Below are positions 1 through 9,982 of a stretch of 64,000 nt of DNA, one piece after another (position 1 is the first letter of the stretch; every line of letters begins with the position of its first letter). The notes under the pieces were generated by a model, which searched no databases, had not been told where the DNA came from, and saw only the letters and a list, made by a program, of their open reading frames with translations. Origin of the DNA: a virus. Position numbers and translations under genes: made by a program. Location: IMG/VR virus record IMGVR_UViG_3300033273_000550, positions 102,013 to 166,012 of that record. The stretch is one strand, 5' to 3'.

Positions 1-1
1 T

Positions 2-2785
2 ACAGCTACAGACCCAGAAGGTCAAGGTATTACATTTCAAACAGCCTCAGGATATACAGATGATTTAGTTAGAGTATCTAGCGGTGGTTCTGTAACATTA
101 AATACAGGCTCCACTACTGAACTATTTAACACAGTAGATAGAGGAGATGGAACGTTAGCACATGAAGTAGGAATTACAGCAACAGATACTTTCGGTACTG
201 CTGCAAGTCAAACGTTATACTTTGATGTAACAGCAAACTCAGCACCTGTCTTCAGACAAACTTCCGTAGCTGGAAATATAATTACATCATTTACTGCTAG
301 TAGAAATGAAAATGCTAGTACAGGTGAAGTAGCAAAAATATACTTTACAGATACCAATAGTGACACTATTACTATAAGATCAAGCTCAGTACCAGGTGGA
401 GATTTTACCATTACTAAATACGGTACTTATGTTAGTATAGCTCAAGCTACTGCCTCTTTAGATTATGAAACTACTTCTTCGTATAGTTTTTCTATTACAG
501 CTTCTGATGAGCATTATGAAGCATCTGAAGATACAGACGCAGTAACAACTTTACCTATTACTATAAGCGTAACTGATAACATACATCCTACAATTAACAA
601 CCAGACATTAACAGGGGTAAGTGAAAGTAGTGCAGCAAGCACAGTTGCAGGAAACATTGCAGCATCAGACTCAGAATCTGATACTATTACGTTTTTCAAC
701 TTCACTACATCTAGTAGAAGTTTAGACGGAACACCTATTACTGCAGGTACATACGGTAATACATCATCAGGAAGTGATCCATCAGAAAATCCATTTCAGA
801 TGACATCTGCTGGACAGGTATCTCTAAAGTCTGGACACTTTCTTAACTCAGATATTATTAACCAGTATAAATATACTGTACAGGTTAGAGATAGTTTTAA
901 CACTGCATCTAATACTGCTACAATTACTATTCCTATAGCAGATGATGCTGCACCGTCTATAAGTGGTCTACAGGCATTTTACTTAATAGAGTCTGCTGTA
1001 AGTGGAGCTTCTGTATATGATAGTACAAACGGTTACTCAGGAACAGTAGCTAGACTTACTTCTAATCAATCAGTAACTTGGGAGATAAGTTCATCAAATG
1101 ATTTTGCGATTTCAAGTACTGGATACATAACTGTAGCAAGAAATATTTCTGGTTCTAGCACTGTTGGAGGAAATACAATTAATGGATCGGTAACAGCTTC
1201 AAATAGTTTTGGTACTTCAACAGCAAACACCTTTACAGTAAATATTACAGACAACGTTGGTCCGACAGTTTCTACTGCTACTAATACTAACTTCTTTAAT
1301 ACTAATGGAGCTAGAAGCGGTAGTTACTTATATACCTTTACCTTCTCAGATTCTGAAGGTAACGCAATAGATACAGGATCATTTACTTGGAATTCTGATA
1401 CTTTCTTATCAGCTTCTATTATAAGTAACAATACAGCAAGAGCTTATGTAACCGGTAGTATACCGGCAGGTACATATAGGTATACAGGTTCTATTGCTGA
1501 CGAGCATGGATTTGAAACTACAACTTTTCAAAATGAGTTTACTATCAATCAGGCTCCTATCGGAAGCTTAACTGGTAATACTACATCTCATATTATAGAA
1601 TCAGCAATCAGTGGAGCAGTCCTAAGAAGTTTAACCGGATATAATGCAGGAGTAGCAGCTGATCTAGGCGTAAGTTACTCACCGCAATATAATTCTGCCG
1701 CTGTTCAATCATTTACTTCTTCTAATGCAGCAATCGCTGTTAATAACTCAGGTAATTTGACTTTAGCAGTTAATTTAAGCGGGTCTGCAACAAGTTCAGG
1801 AGATACCATTAGTTCAGATATTACTTTTAGAGATCAATACGATAACGTAGGTTCTGGTAGTATAACAGTAAATGTATTCGGTAATTCAGCTCCTACAGCG
1901 ACATTTGCAAATCAGACAGCTAACTTAACAGCTTCAGTTTCTTCTGGAGATTATTTAGTAGGAGTAACGATCTCTGATACTGAATCAGATACTCCATTTT
2001 CTATGTCTATTTCAGGATTAAGTGGATCCTCGTTTACTGCTGTACCTCAAAACTCTAACTCATCTTCTTATCAAATTCAAGCTTCTGGAACATTAAGTGA
2101 AGGAACATACCCTTACAGTGCTTCTATATTTGATAATTTTGATGAACAAACAAATTATAATAGAACACTAACTATAGCAGCACCTCCTGTACACTGGTAC
2201 GCATATATTATTGAAGGAGGAGCATACGCTACAAATGAAGCAACATCATTACAGATGTTAGGTGATAATAGTGATGACGGAAGTCCTGATGCTAACACAG
2301 CATTAGCAGGATTTGTTTCCGGTTCGATTGGAAATGGAACTTTTACATTCTCAGCCTTTTCAGGTATAGATGCTCAAATAGATACTGCTTTTGAAATTGC
2401 AAGTGGTTCTAGTTTAGAAGGATCAAGAACATCTACAATAATAGATGCAGTAGATCATACCACAGGTAGTGAAGCATCTCCAACTAACATGCTAGCAATA
2501 GTATTTCCATCAGGTTCAGGATTTACCTTACCTGATAGTACAACAACTAGTTTAGGAGGATCAACTGCTGGAGAATATGTATTATATGCAGATAGAGTAG
2601 GAACAGGAATTAACGATGCTGTTCAAACAGCGTTTGTAAGATACTTTGATCTATCAGGATCAGTAACTTACCCAGATACAAATTTAACTAGATTTGGAGT
2701 ATTGTTTACTCAAGGAGATGGCTCTAACGATGTAAACTACTTCTTTATGGCGTCGAGTGGTTCGGCTCCATCATCAACACAATAA
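2..2785 (+). CDS. Large cadherin-like repeat virion adhesin/fibre protein (5' truncated by window edge)
   Basis: I translated frame +2 by hand and it is open from base 2 into the tracked 800..2785 ORF. Cadherin-type motifs: TATDPEG, LDYE (458-469), VTDNIHP, ASDSESD, ITDNVGP, ISDTESD. Ser/Thr-rich beta repeats. Confidence 0.8.
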   Translation, partial: TATDPEGQGITFQTASGYTDDLVRVSSGGSVTLNTGSTTELFNTVDRGDGTLAHEVGITATDTFGTAASQTLYFDVTANSAPVFRQTSVAGNIITSFTASRNENASTGEVAKIYFTDTNSDTITIRSSSVPGGDFTITKYGTYVSIAQATASLDYETTSSYSFSITASDEHYEASEDTDAVTTLPITISVTDNIHPTINNQTLTGVSESSAASTVAGNIAASDSESDTITFFNFTTSSRSLDGTPITAGTYGNTSSGSDPSENPFQMTSAGQVSLKSGHFLNSDIINQYKYTVQVRDSFNTASNTATITIPIADDAAPSISGLQAFYLIESAVSGASVYDSTNGYSGTVARLTSNQSVTWEISSSNDFAISSTGYITVARNISGSSTVGGNTINGSVTASNSFGTSTANTFTVNITDNVGPTVSTATNTNFFNTNGARSGSYLYTFTFSDSEGNAIDTGSFTWNSDTFLSASIISNNTARAYVTGSIPAGTYRYTGSIADEHGFETTTFQNEFTINQAPIGSLTGNTTSHIIESAISGAVLRSLTGYNAGVAADLGVSYSPQYNSAAVQSFTSSNAAIAVNNSGNLTLAVNLSGSATSSGDTISSDITFRDQYDNVGSGSITVNVFGNSAPTATFANQTANLTASVSSGDYLVGVTISDTESDTPFSMSISGLSGSSFTAVPQNSNSSSYQIQASGTLSEGTYPYSASIFDNFDEQTNYNRTLTIAAPPVHWYAYIIEGGAYATNEATSLQMLGDNSDDGSPDANTALAGFVSGSIGNGTFTFSAFSGIDAQIDTAFEIASGSSLEGSRTSTIIDAVDHTTGSEASPTNMLAIVFPSGSGFTLPDSTTTSLGGSTAGEYVLYADRVGTGINDAVQTAFVRYFDLSGSVTYPDTNLTRFGVLFTQGDGSNDVNYFFMASSGSAPSSTQ

Positions 2786-2794
2786 TAGTATAAT

Positions 2795-3475
2795 ATGCCA
2801 ATTAATATCAGTACAGACATAGCGGTAACTACAGGCGGTAAACTAACCGACGTAACTGCAATTCAAGGAGGCTGGCAGACTCTTGACACGGTTGCAGAGA
2901 TGAATGCTCTGACTGGAAGTGCTACTTTGAAAGGTAAGCTTCAAGACGGACAGATTTTCTATATTAGTTCTTCAAATGAACTATACATGTTATCACAATC
3001 AGGTACTGGTATTTTTGCAAATTATTCTTTCAACAGCTTTTCTTGGCCAGGTTCAGGTGGAGGTGGTGGTAGTGGTGATATTACCGCCGTATTTGCCGGT
3101 GATGGTTTATCTGGCGGAGGTTCAAGTGGTAATGTTACATTAAATATAGATGCAGGCTTAGGTATAGGTACGTCTAATGGAGTACATGTTAATACAGGAT
3201 CTGCACATTTTATCACAGGTTCAGTAAAATTGAATGTATTTCAACTGACAGGATCAGTTTATGCTACAACTAATAATTTAGAAGTAACAGGATCATTGTC
3301 ATTAGAAAAAAGCTCAGCCGGAGATACTATAGAAATATATAGTGGGGGTGCTAAAGTATTTAGCGTTTCTAGCTCTGGTGTCATGCAATTAGCAACTCAA
3401 TCTAATACTCCTACAGCAGTAGCTGGTGGAATTTATTTAGATTCAAATTATAATCTGTTTATCGGTTCAGATTAG
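2795..3475 (+). CDS. Putative virion fibre/appendage protein
   Basis: Gly-rich linker GSGGGGGSGDITAV and GDGLSGGG motif shared with the next fibre gene; located in fibre cluster. Confidence 0.6.
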   Translation: MPINISTDIAVTTGGKLTDVTAIQGGWQTLDTVAEMNALTGSATLKGKLQDGQIFYISSSNELYMLSQSGTGIFANYSFNSFSWPGSGGGGGSGDITAVFAGDGLSGGGSSGNVTLNIDAGLGIGTSNGVHVNTGSAHFITGSVKLNVFQLTGSVYATTNNLEVTGSLSLEKSSAGDTIEIYSGGAKVFSVSSSGVMQLATQSNTPTAVAGGIYLDSNYNLFIGSD

Positions 3476-3491
3476 ACAAAATCGATATATT

Positions 3492-3499
3492 TATTTATA
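3492..3499 (+). promoter_or_regulatory. TATTTATA putative late promoter element
   Basis: Exact motif 25 nt upstream of ATG 3525; recurs before many structural genes. Confidence 0.55.
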
Positions 3500-3524
3500 A
3501 CTAATAACAATTAAACTTTAACCT

Positions 3525-4733
3525 ATGGCAAGTTGGAAAAAGGTCGTAGTTTCTGGGTCAGCGATTTCTCAACTAAACAACGACGCTAATTATCTGATAG
3601 ACGCACAGAGTTCAGCCGTACTTACAGGGTCATTTACCGGTTCATTCGTTGGGGATGGATCAGGATTGACTGGTGTAACAGCGGATGGTACATTATCGTC
3701 TTCAGCTCAAATCGCTTCTGACATTTCCGGTGCTTTTGTTTCTGATTCAGCTAGTATCGCTTCTGATATTGCTAGTATTAACGCATTAACATTAGTAACA
3801 GGATCTGCTCAAATTGATCATGATGCTACAACTAATTTCGTAGCCAATGAACACATTGACCACACTTCAGTTAGTATTACTGCTGGTGACGGTTTAAGTG
3901 GTGGTGGTACCATTGCTTCTACTAGAACAATATCTATTAACACAGGATCAGCTCATTTTGAAGGAGGAGTAAAAACTAAATTAAACGCAGAAAGTGTTTT
4001 ATCTTCTTCTCTACAAATTGCAGGTGATATTTCAGGATCATTGACTAGTTTGTCTTCTAGTGTTGCTTCTGATATCGCAGGTCTAGTTACAGATTCAGGT
4101 TCATTCTCTACTAGAGTAACAGCTCTAGAAGATTTTAGTTCATCTTTAGGTGCTGATTTCGTAGACAATACAGAGTTAAATTCAGCTACTTCTTCATTAA
4201 GTGCTTCTTTAGCAGCTGATATTGCAACAAATGATAGTAGATTAGACGATCTAGAAGCTGACGCTCTTATCTCTGGTGCTACATTTAGTTCACCTTCACA
4301 AGGTACTGTAAGAGCTACAATCAATGGAGTAAATACTGATATAGACACAGGATTACAGGCTGGGGACAACGTTACTTTTGCTGATGTAACTATCACAGGA
4401 GACCTAACAACTCAAGGTACAGTAACAAATATTAACACTACTGATCTAAACATCGAAGATAAATTTATCTTAGTAAATTCAGGATCATCAACTGGTAATG
4501 CAGGTCTTATCGCTCAAAATTCATCAACGAATGGACAAGGTACAGCATTATTCTGGGATGATACAGAAAATAGATGGTCATTAGATCATGCAGGAGCAGA
4601 TGCTACAGGCGATACAGCTACAGCAGATGCTAGAATTGCAGCAGTAGCTTTAAGTATTACTGACACTAACTATCAAAAGAATGGAAACATCTTTGTGAGC
4701 GGTAGTGGTGATGTATACATTTACGTAGAATAA
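3525..4733 (+). CDS. Tail fibre-like protein (repeat module family), paralogue 1
   Basis: N-terminal WKKxxxSGS, GSFVGDGSGLTG and SSSAQIASDISG repeats, coiled-coil segments, FSSPSQGTV...LNIEDKFIL module shared with 4751 and 8294. Confidence 0.75.
   Translation: MASWKKVVVSGSAISQLNNDANYLIDAQSSAVLTGSFTGSFVGDGSGLTGVTADGTLSSSAQIASDISGAFVSDSASIASDIASINALTLVTGSAQIDHDATTNFVANEHIDHTSVSITAGDGLSGGGTIASTRTISINTGSAHFEGGVKTKLNAESVLSSSLQIAGDISGSLTSLSSSVASDIAGLVTDSGSFSTRVTALEDFSSSLGADFVDNTELNSATSSLSASLAADIATNDSRLDDLEADALISGATFSSPSQGTVRATINGVNTDIDTGLQAGDNVTFADVTITGDLTTQGTVTNINTTDLNIEDKFILVNSGSSTGNAGLIAQNSSTNGQGTALFWDDTENRWSLDHAGADATGDTATADARIAAVALSITDTNYQKNGNIFVSGSGDVYIYVE
4035..4075 (+). repeat. 41-bp direct repeat copy 1 (one mismatch vs 5186-5226)
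   Basis: ggatcatt[g/c]actagtttgtcttctagtgttgcttctgatat is present in two adjacent fibre genes. Confidence 0.9.
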
Positions 4734-4750
4734 TAATTAACTAGTATAAA

Positions 4751-6199
4751 ATGGCTTGGAAAAAAATAATATTTAGTGGATCCTCGGCTGATCTAACAGC
4801 TATAAATGTTGATGGAGCGGTAACTGCGTCTTCATATACCGGCTCCTTTACAGGTGATGGAACAGGATTAACTGGTATTACTGTAAGCCAAGTCTCAACG
4901 GTATCTGATTCGTTTACTAATGTTACTTCGAAAACTGTAACTCACAATTTTGACAGTTTAAACGTTCATATTTCGGTATTTAACGGAAGTAACGAACAAA
5001 TCATACCTGCTAGTACTACATTAACAGACTCTAATACGGCGGTGGTGACTTTTGACAGTGCCACCTCCGGTAGAGTTGTTGTAAGTCAAGGAGGACATAT
5101 AGTATCTGGTTCTATAGAATTTAATAGTATTGCTAACAAACCAACATTATTATCATCCTCTGCTCAAATATCAAGTGATATCTCGGGATCATTCACTAGT
5201 TTGTCTTCTAGTGTTGCTTCTGATATTGCTTCTAATGTTTCAAGCATTCAAACTTTAGAAGGAAAAACATTACTTTCATCTTCTGCTCAAATTATTCCAG
5301 ATACAACTACAGGTGGTAATACAAAACCAGTTTCAGTTGGTGCTAATGGTGTCGGTTTCAATATTAGTACTATTGATGGTGCGGGTATAGGAATATCTGG
5401 TGGTGAATTAGTAGTTAATGTAGATGGTTCAACAATTGAAATTAACTCTGATACTTTAAGAGTTAAAAACAGTGGTATTGGTGCTTATCAAATAGCTAAT
5501 GATAATGTAACCACAGATAAAATTGCTCACTCTTTAGGTACATTAGGAACTCATTCCTTTACAGGTTCATTTACTGGATCTTTCGTAGGGGACGGTTCAG
5601 GTTTAACAGGAGTTGTAGCTTCAGGTACACTATCTTCCTCAGCACAAATTGCAGATGACATATCCGGTTCTTTATCAAATACAGCAATCGCAGGTCTAGG
5701 AGCAGGAATAATCTCTGCTTCAGCGTTTTCTTCACCTAATCAAGGTACTGTAAGAGCCGTAATTAACGGAGTAACAACAAATGTAGATACAGGATTACAA
5801 ACCGGTGACACTCCAACATTCAGCGGTCTTACAATTACAGGTGACTTGACTGTTACAGGAAATACTTTTGAAGCGCAGGTTACTAACTTAAACGTAGAAG
5901 ACAGGTTTATTTTAGTAAATTCTGGTAGTAGTGGAGGCGATTCAGGTATTATATTTGGAGGTTCTGACCCTGAAGGATCTGGAGTTGTAAACTCTGGTTC
6001 CGGTATATTTTGGGATGCTCCTGCTAATGTATTTGGTTTCGCTCAAGATATAGCTGCTAGTTCTACCTCAGCTACACATACTTCTAAAATAGGTAATATC
6101 GAAACTAGTACATCAAGTCCTAGTGCAGCACCTACTTTCCAAGGAGAAGGTACTATTCATGTAAATACAAACTCAGAAGACATTTGGATATATAGTTAA
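4751..6199 (+). CDS. Tail fibre-like protein, paralogue 2
   Basis: MAWKKIIFSGS start; same repeat modules as 3525; contains THNF beta-sandwich module shared with 6525. Confidence 0.75.
   Translation: MAWKKIIFSGSSADLTAINVDGAVTASSYTGSFTGDGTGLTGITVSQVSTVSDSFTNVTSKTVTHNFDSLNVHISVFNGSNEQIIPASTTLTDSNTAVVTFDSATSGRVVVSQGGHIVSGSIEFNSIANKPTLLSSSAQISSDISGSFTSLSSSVASDIASNVSSIQTLEGKTLLSSSAQIIPDTTTGGNTKPVSVGANGVGFNISTIDGAGIGISGGELVVNVDGSTIEINSDTLRVKNSGIGAYQIANDNVTTDKIAHSLGTLGTHSFTGSFTGSFVGDGSGLTGVVASGTLSSSAQIADDISGSLSNTAIAGLGAGIISASAFSSPNQGTVRAVINGVTTNVDTGLQTGDTPTFSGLTITGDLTVTGNTFEAQVTNLNVEDRFILVNSGSSGGDSGIIFGGSDPEGSGVVNSGSGIFWDAPANVFGFAQDIAASSTSATHTSKIGNIETSTSSPSAAPTFQGEGTIHVNTNSEDIWIYS
5186..5226 (+). 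repeat. 41-bp direct repeat copy 2
   Basis: Matches 4035-4075 with one mismatch. Confidence 0.9.
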
Positions 6200-6204
6200 T
6201 AGTT

Positions 6205-6399
6205 ATGGCAATTATAAGAAAAGGTTCTAATCAAAAAAAAGATAATACTATATCTAATACAAAGGAATTATTTTCCGACAAAGAAATCAATTTTATCATT
6301 AGTAAATTAAGACAGTCTCAATATACTGGACTAGAATTTGAAATGTTCTACTCCATTATTGTAAAATTACAGTCTTTTCTAGAATCTTCTGAAAAATAG
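6205..6399 (+). CDS. Small hypothetical protein (possible fibre assembly factor)
   Basis: 64 aa ORF directly after a fibre gene, same strand, 5 nt gap. Confidence 0.55.
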   Translation: MAIIRKGSNQKKDNTISNTKELFSDKEINFIISKLRQSQYTGLEFEMFYSIIVKLQSFLESSEK

Positions 6400-6473
6400 T
6401 TTTTTCACAGTCTTTTATTTACTATATTTATTAGTATAGGTAAATTAGTTATATTTATTATAAAGCTATTATC

Positions 6474-6510
6474 GGCCCGTAAGGGAAGTGGGCTCTTTGA
6501 GTAACCAACC
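6474..6510 (+). promoter_or_regulatory. GC-rich structured 5' leader element (candidate cis-regulatory RNA)
   Basis: ggcccgtaagggaagtgggctctttgagtaaccaacc: CCC-GUAA-GGG GNRA hairpin plus a second possible stem. It lies between two TATTTATT motifs (6425, 6452) and ATG 6525. Confidence 0.45.
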
Positions 6511-6524
6511 ATAATATTAGTTAA

Positions 6525-8255
6525 ATGCCAAATTGGAAGAAACTTATAGTTAGCGGATCAGACGCAAGCCTATCTAATATCTCTGTAGACAATGCTATAA
6601 CTGCATCTAATCTTAATGTAACTTCAACAGGTTCTATTGATAACCTAACAGTAAATGATAAACTTCAATTAGGAGGAGCTGGTTCTCAATTCTTTGCCTA
6701 TAACGAAGATACCGTAAAAGTTAAATTTGCTAATTGGTACTCATCTAACGATAGACAGTATGGGATGGGTCAACTTTGGTATGAAACTTGGTTTGCAGCC
6801 ATAGATAATCAAGGAGCTAGAGATAATAGAAGAATTGGATTTTACTTAGAAGAACCCGACAGTGGTTCGTCTGATGCAGATGGCGGCTCTGGTGGGCATC
6901 CTTCAAATGCAAGATTTTATGTAGATATAGATGGAGCATATCTTAGCGGGTCATTAAATGTAGAGAATGCAATAACTGCATCATACTTTAAAGGTGATGG
7001 TTCTGCACTTACTAATATATCAGCTGAGGTTACAGAACAAGCTACCGTTTCTGATTCTTTTACAAACGTAACCTCACATTCAGTAACTCATAACTTTGGT
7101 ACTAAAAATGTAATTGTATCTGTTTATAACAACAGCGATCAATTAATTCTCCCTGCTTCTATCACTACAACAGATACTAATACAGTAGATATAACATTCG
7201 ACGTTTCTACCACAGGAAGAGTAGTAGTAGCTAAAGGAGGACATTTAGTATCTGGATCGGCTGTTCTAACAGGAACAGGAGTAATATCTGGTTCATCTCA
7301 ATTGTCTGGGTTTGTATCTCAATCAGGAAATTTTACTACTAATAATGTAATAATTGCAAACGGTAGTAACTCAGTTACATCATCAAATGTACTATCTCTC
7401 GATACAACAAATAACTACTTAGGAATAAATCAGACTAATCCAGAAGTGACCCTTCATATGACTGGAGAAGGACCACAGACTGCTCAAATTCGAATGGAGC
7501 AGTATAATGATACAGCTGATGCTCCTGATATTAGAACTCGTAAAGCTAGAGGAACAGCAGATTCACCATCAGCTCCTAATGCAGGAGACTACCTATTCAG
7601 ACAGAATGTTGAAAGATATGACGGTTCTGGTTTTTCTACAATGCACTCTCAGCAGTTTGATTTAGATAGCTCTGACGCAACCAAAGGAGTTTACCAACTA
7701 CAGACTAATATCGGTAGTGGTTTAGTAACTAGATTTCAAATCTTAAGTAGCGGTGATACTGCCATAAACGGACACTTACTACCATCCTCTCATGAAACTT
7801 ATGATTTAGGGTCAACAACAAAACGCTGGAGAGATTTATATCTTAGCGGCTCTACTATCAACTTAGGAGGTACACTTATTACGAGAGACGGTACTGGGGA
7901 TATTCAATTTAAAGATGATAGCACAGATGAATTAAAAACTCTAAGAGTAAAAGAGTTAGAGATCGGTACAGGAGCTAATAAAACTAAAATTAGACTTGAT
8001 GATGATAATAAAGTATCTTTTGAAAAATCTTCTGATTCTTCTAAAGTAACAACTTCTAATTTCTTTAAGACCTCAGTTAATGCTGCATCTGAATACACTA
8101 TAACCCATGGACTTGGAGAAGATTATCCTATTGTTCAAGTTTACGATACAGATAAAAACCAAGTAATACCTAAAAATATTACGTCTAACTCAAGTAATCA
8201 AGTAAAAATTGAGTTCGATAACAATTTTACAGGAACAGTTGTCATAAAGAAGTAA
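6525..8255 (+). CDS. Tail fibre-like protein, paralogue 3
   Basis: MPNWKKLIVSGS start; YFKGDGSALTNI motif; two THNF/THGL beta-sandwich modules; HLLPS..TYDLGS..KRWRDLYLS fibre motif. Confidence 0.75.
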   Translation: MPNWKKLIVSGSDASLSNISVDNAITASNLNVTSTGSIDNLTVNDKLQLGGAGSQFFAYNEDTVKVKFANWYSSNDRQYGMGQLWYETWFAAIDNQGARDNRRIGFYLEEPDSGSSDADGGSGGHPSNARFYVDIDGAYLSGSLNVENAITASYFKGDGSALTNISAEVTEQATVSDSFTNVTSHSVTHNFGTKNVIVSVYNNSDQLILPASITTTDTNTVDITFDVSTTGRVVVAKGGHLVSGSAVLTGTGVISGSSQLSGFVSQSGNFTTNNVIIANGSNSVTSSNVLSLDTTNNYLGINQTNPEVTLHMTGEGPQTAQIRMEQYNDTADAPDIRTRKARGTADSPSAPNAGDYLFRQNVERYDGSGFSTMHSQQFDLDSSDATKGVYQLQTNIGSGLVTRFQILSSGDTAINGHLLPSSHETYDLGSTTKRWRDLYLSGSTINLGGTLITRDGTGDIQFKDDSTDELKTLRVKELEIGTGANKTKIRLDDDNKVSFEKSSDSSKVTTSNFFKTSVNAASEYTITHGLGEDYPIVQVYDTDKNQVIPKNITSNSSNQVKIEFDNNFTGTVVIKK

Positions 8256-8262
8256 AATAACA

Positions 8263-8270
8263 TATTTATA
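8263..8270 (+). promoter_or_regulatory. TATTTATA putative late promoter element
   Basis: Exact motif 23 nt upstream of ATG 8294. Confidence 0.55.
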
Positions 8271-8293
8271 ATAAATAAAAACTTAAAAAGAAA

Positions 8294-9970
8294 ATGAGAA
8301 TAGATAGCCCTATAATGACTAATGCAGTTATTACTGGATCGTTTTCTGGTTCATTCACCGGTACAGGTAACTTTGAAGGCCTTACTGCTGATTCTGTAGC
8401 CTACGCTAACGTAACAGGAAAACCTGCTTTACTTTCTGGTTCAGCCCAGATTGCCTCTGATATTTCAGGGTCATTTACAAGTACATCATCAAGTATTGCT
8501 TCTAATATAGCAAGTAACTTATCGAGTATTAACACACTTAATGGTAAATCACTTTTATCAGGTTCAGCTCAAATTGCTGCGGATATTAGTGGATCGTTTA
8601 ATTCTGTATCAGCAAGTATAGCAAGTGATATCGCAGGGCTAGATAGTACTTATGCCACTGATACACAGCTTACCTCTCTTAGCTCTTCTGTAGCTTCTGA
8701 TGTAGCTAGTAACTTATCAAGCATTTCTACCTTAAACGGTAAAACCTTATTCTCATCTTCTGCTCAAGTTACTATCACAGAAAGTCAAATCTCAGATTTA
8801 GATCATTATACAGATTCTGATGTTAAAACTAAATTAAATACCGAAAACGTAGTTTCTGGTTCAGTAACTTCTCCTAGCCAAGGTACGGTAAGATTAAATA
8901 ATGTAGACGTAGACTTAGGAGTTCAAACAGGAGATTCACCTACTTTTAGCGGATTAACTGTTTCTAACAATGTTACTATAAATGGTGACCTTACAGTATT
9001 AGGAGATGCTACCGAGCTACAGGTTAGTTCCTTGAATGTAGAAGATATCAATATCACAATTGCATCTGGAGCAGCCGATAGTTCAGCAGCAAACGGTGCT
9101 GGTATTACAATTGCTGGAGCAAATGAATCTTTAACTTGGGATCACGGTAACTCAAGATTTAACTTCTCAGATGACTTAAACGTTGCTGGTAATATTACAC
9201 TCACAGGAACAGTAGATGGAGTTGATATTGCTTCGTTGAATACTACGGTAGGTAATATAGATACTTCAGTACCGGCAATTATAGATAGTTCTGGTACTCC
9301 AGCATTTAATACAGGTATTACTAAAGCAGAAGTACTGTCTATTCTTAATGTAGAAGATGGAGCTGACGTAACAGATGCAACTAACGTTAAATCAAGTTTA
9401 CCATCAGGAGTTGTTTCAGGATCAGCATCTGATGCTAGATCGCAATTAGGATTAGGAACTTTAGCTACTTTATCTTCTATAGATATTAGTAGTAACACTA
9501 ACCTCGGTGTTACAGATACAACAGGACAGACCGGTATCAATATGAGTTTAACAGGAGATAACATCTCAGGTACTCTAGTTGGTTTAGGAACATCGGATGA
9601 TGTACAGTTTGACAGTTTAGGAATTGGCACAGCAGCACCAGGAACTACAGGTGTTATTAGAGCTACTAATGATGTTGTTGCTTTCTATTCTTCTGATGAA
9701 AGACTCAAAGATAATATATCAGAAATTCCAAATGCTTTAGATAAAGTAGAGGCTCTAAAAGGAGTAGAATTTGATTGGAATAATAACCAGGAAGTTTATG
9801 AAGGTCACGATATTGGAGTTATCGCTCAAGATGTTGAAGCAGTACTTCCTGAATTAGTAGAAACTAGAGATAATGGATATAAAGCTGTTAAGTATGAAAA
9901 ATTAACAGCAGTATTAATACAAGCAGTTAAAGAGCTTTCTGCTAAAGTAAAAGAGCTCGAAAATAGATAA
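8294..9970 (+). CDS. Tail fibre with C-terminal intramolecular chaperone (Peptidase_S74)
   Basis: C-terminus SDERLKDNI..IPNALDKV..LKGVEFDW...GVIAQDVEAVLPELV...YEKLTAVLIQAVKEL is the canonical S74 autocleaving chaperone. Confidence 0.9.
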   Translation: MRIDSPIMTNAVITGSFSGSFTGTGNFEGLTADSVAYANVTGKPALLSGSAQIASDISGSFTSTSSSIASNIASNLSSINTLNGKSLLSGSAQIAADISGSFNSVSASIASDIAGLDSTYATDTQLTSLSSSVASDVASNLSSISTLNGKTLFSSSAQVTITESQISDLDHYTDSDVKTKLNTENVVSGSVTSPSQGTVRLNNVDVDLGVQTGDSPTFSGLTVSNNVTINGDLTVLGDATELQVSSLNVEDINITIASGAADSSAANGAGITIAGANESLTWDHGNSRFNFSDDLNVAGNITLTGTVDGVDIASLNTTVGNIDTSVPAIIDSSGTPAFNTGITKAEVLSILNVEDGADVTDATNVKSSLPSGVVSGSASDARSQLGLGTLATLSSIDISSNTNLGVTDTTGQTGINMSLTGDNISGTLVGLGTSDDVQFDSLGIGTAAPGTTGVIRATNDVVAFYSSDERLKDNISEIPNALDKVEALKGVEFDWNNNQEVYEGHDIGVIAQDVEAVLPELVETRDNGYKAVKYEKLTAVLIQAVKELSAKVKELENR

Positions 9971-9982
9971 AAGTTATTTTTA

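Noticed and set aside
3525-9970. Repeats as a CRISPR array or DGR template/variable repeat
   Set aside because: Repeats are in-frame protein modules with synonymous divergence. There is no spacer periodicity, no adenine-specific mismatch pattern and no reverse transcriptase in the window.
2-9970. Bacteroidota D-(S/T)-(A/I/L/V/T) O-glycosylation sequons in fibre proteins
   Set aside because: Expected by chance in D/S/T-rich proteins, and that host system is periplasmic whereas virions assemble in the cytoplasm
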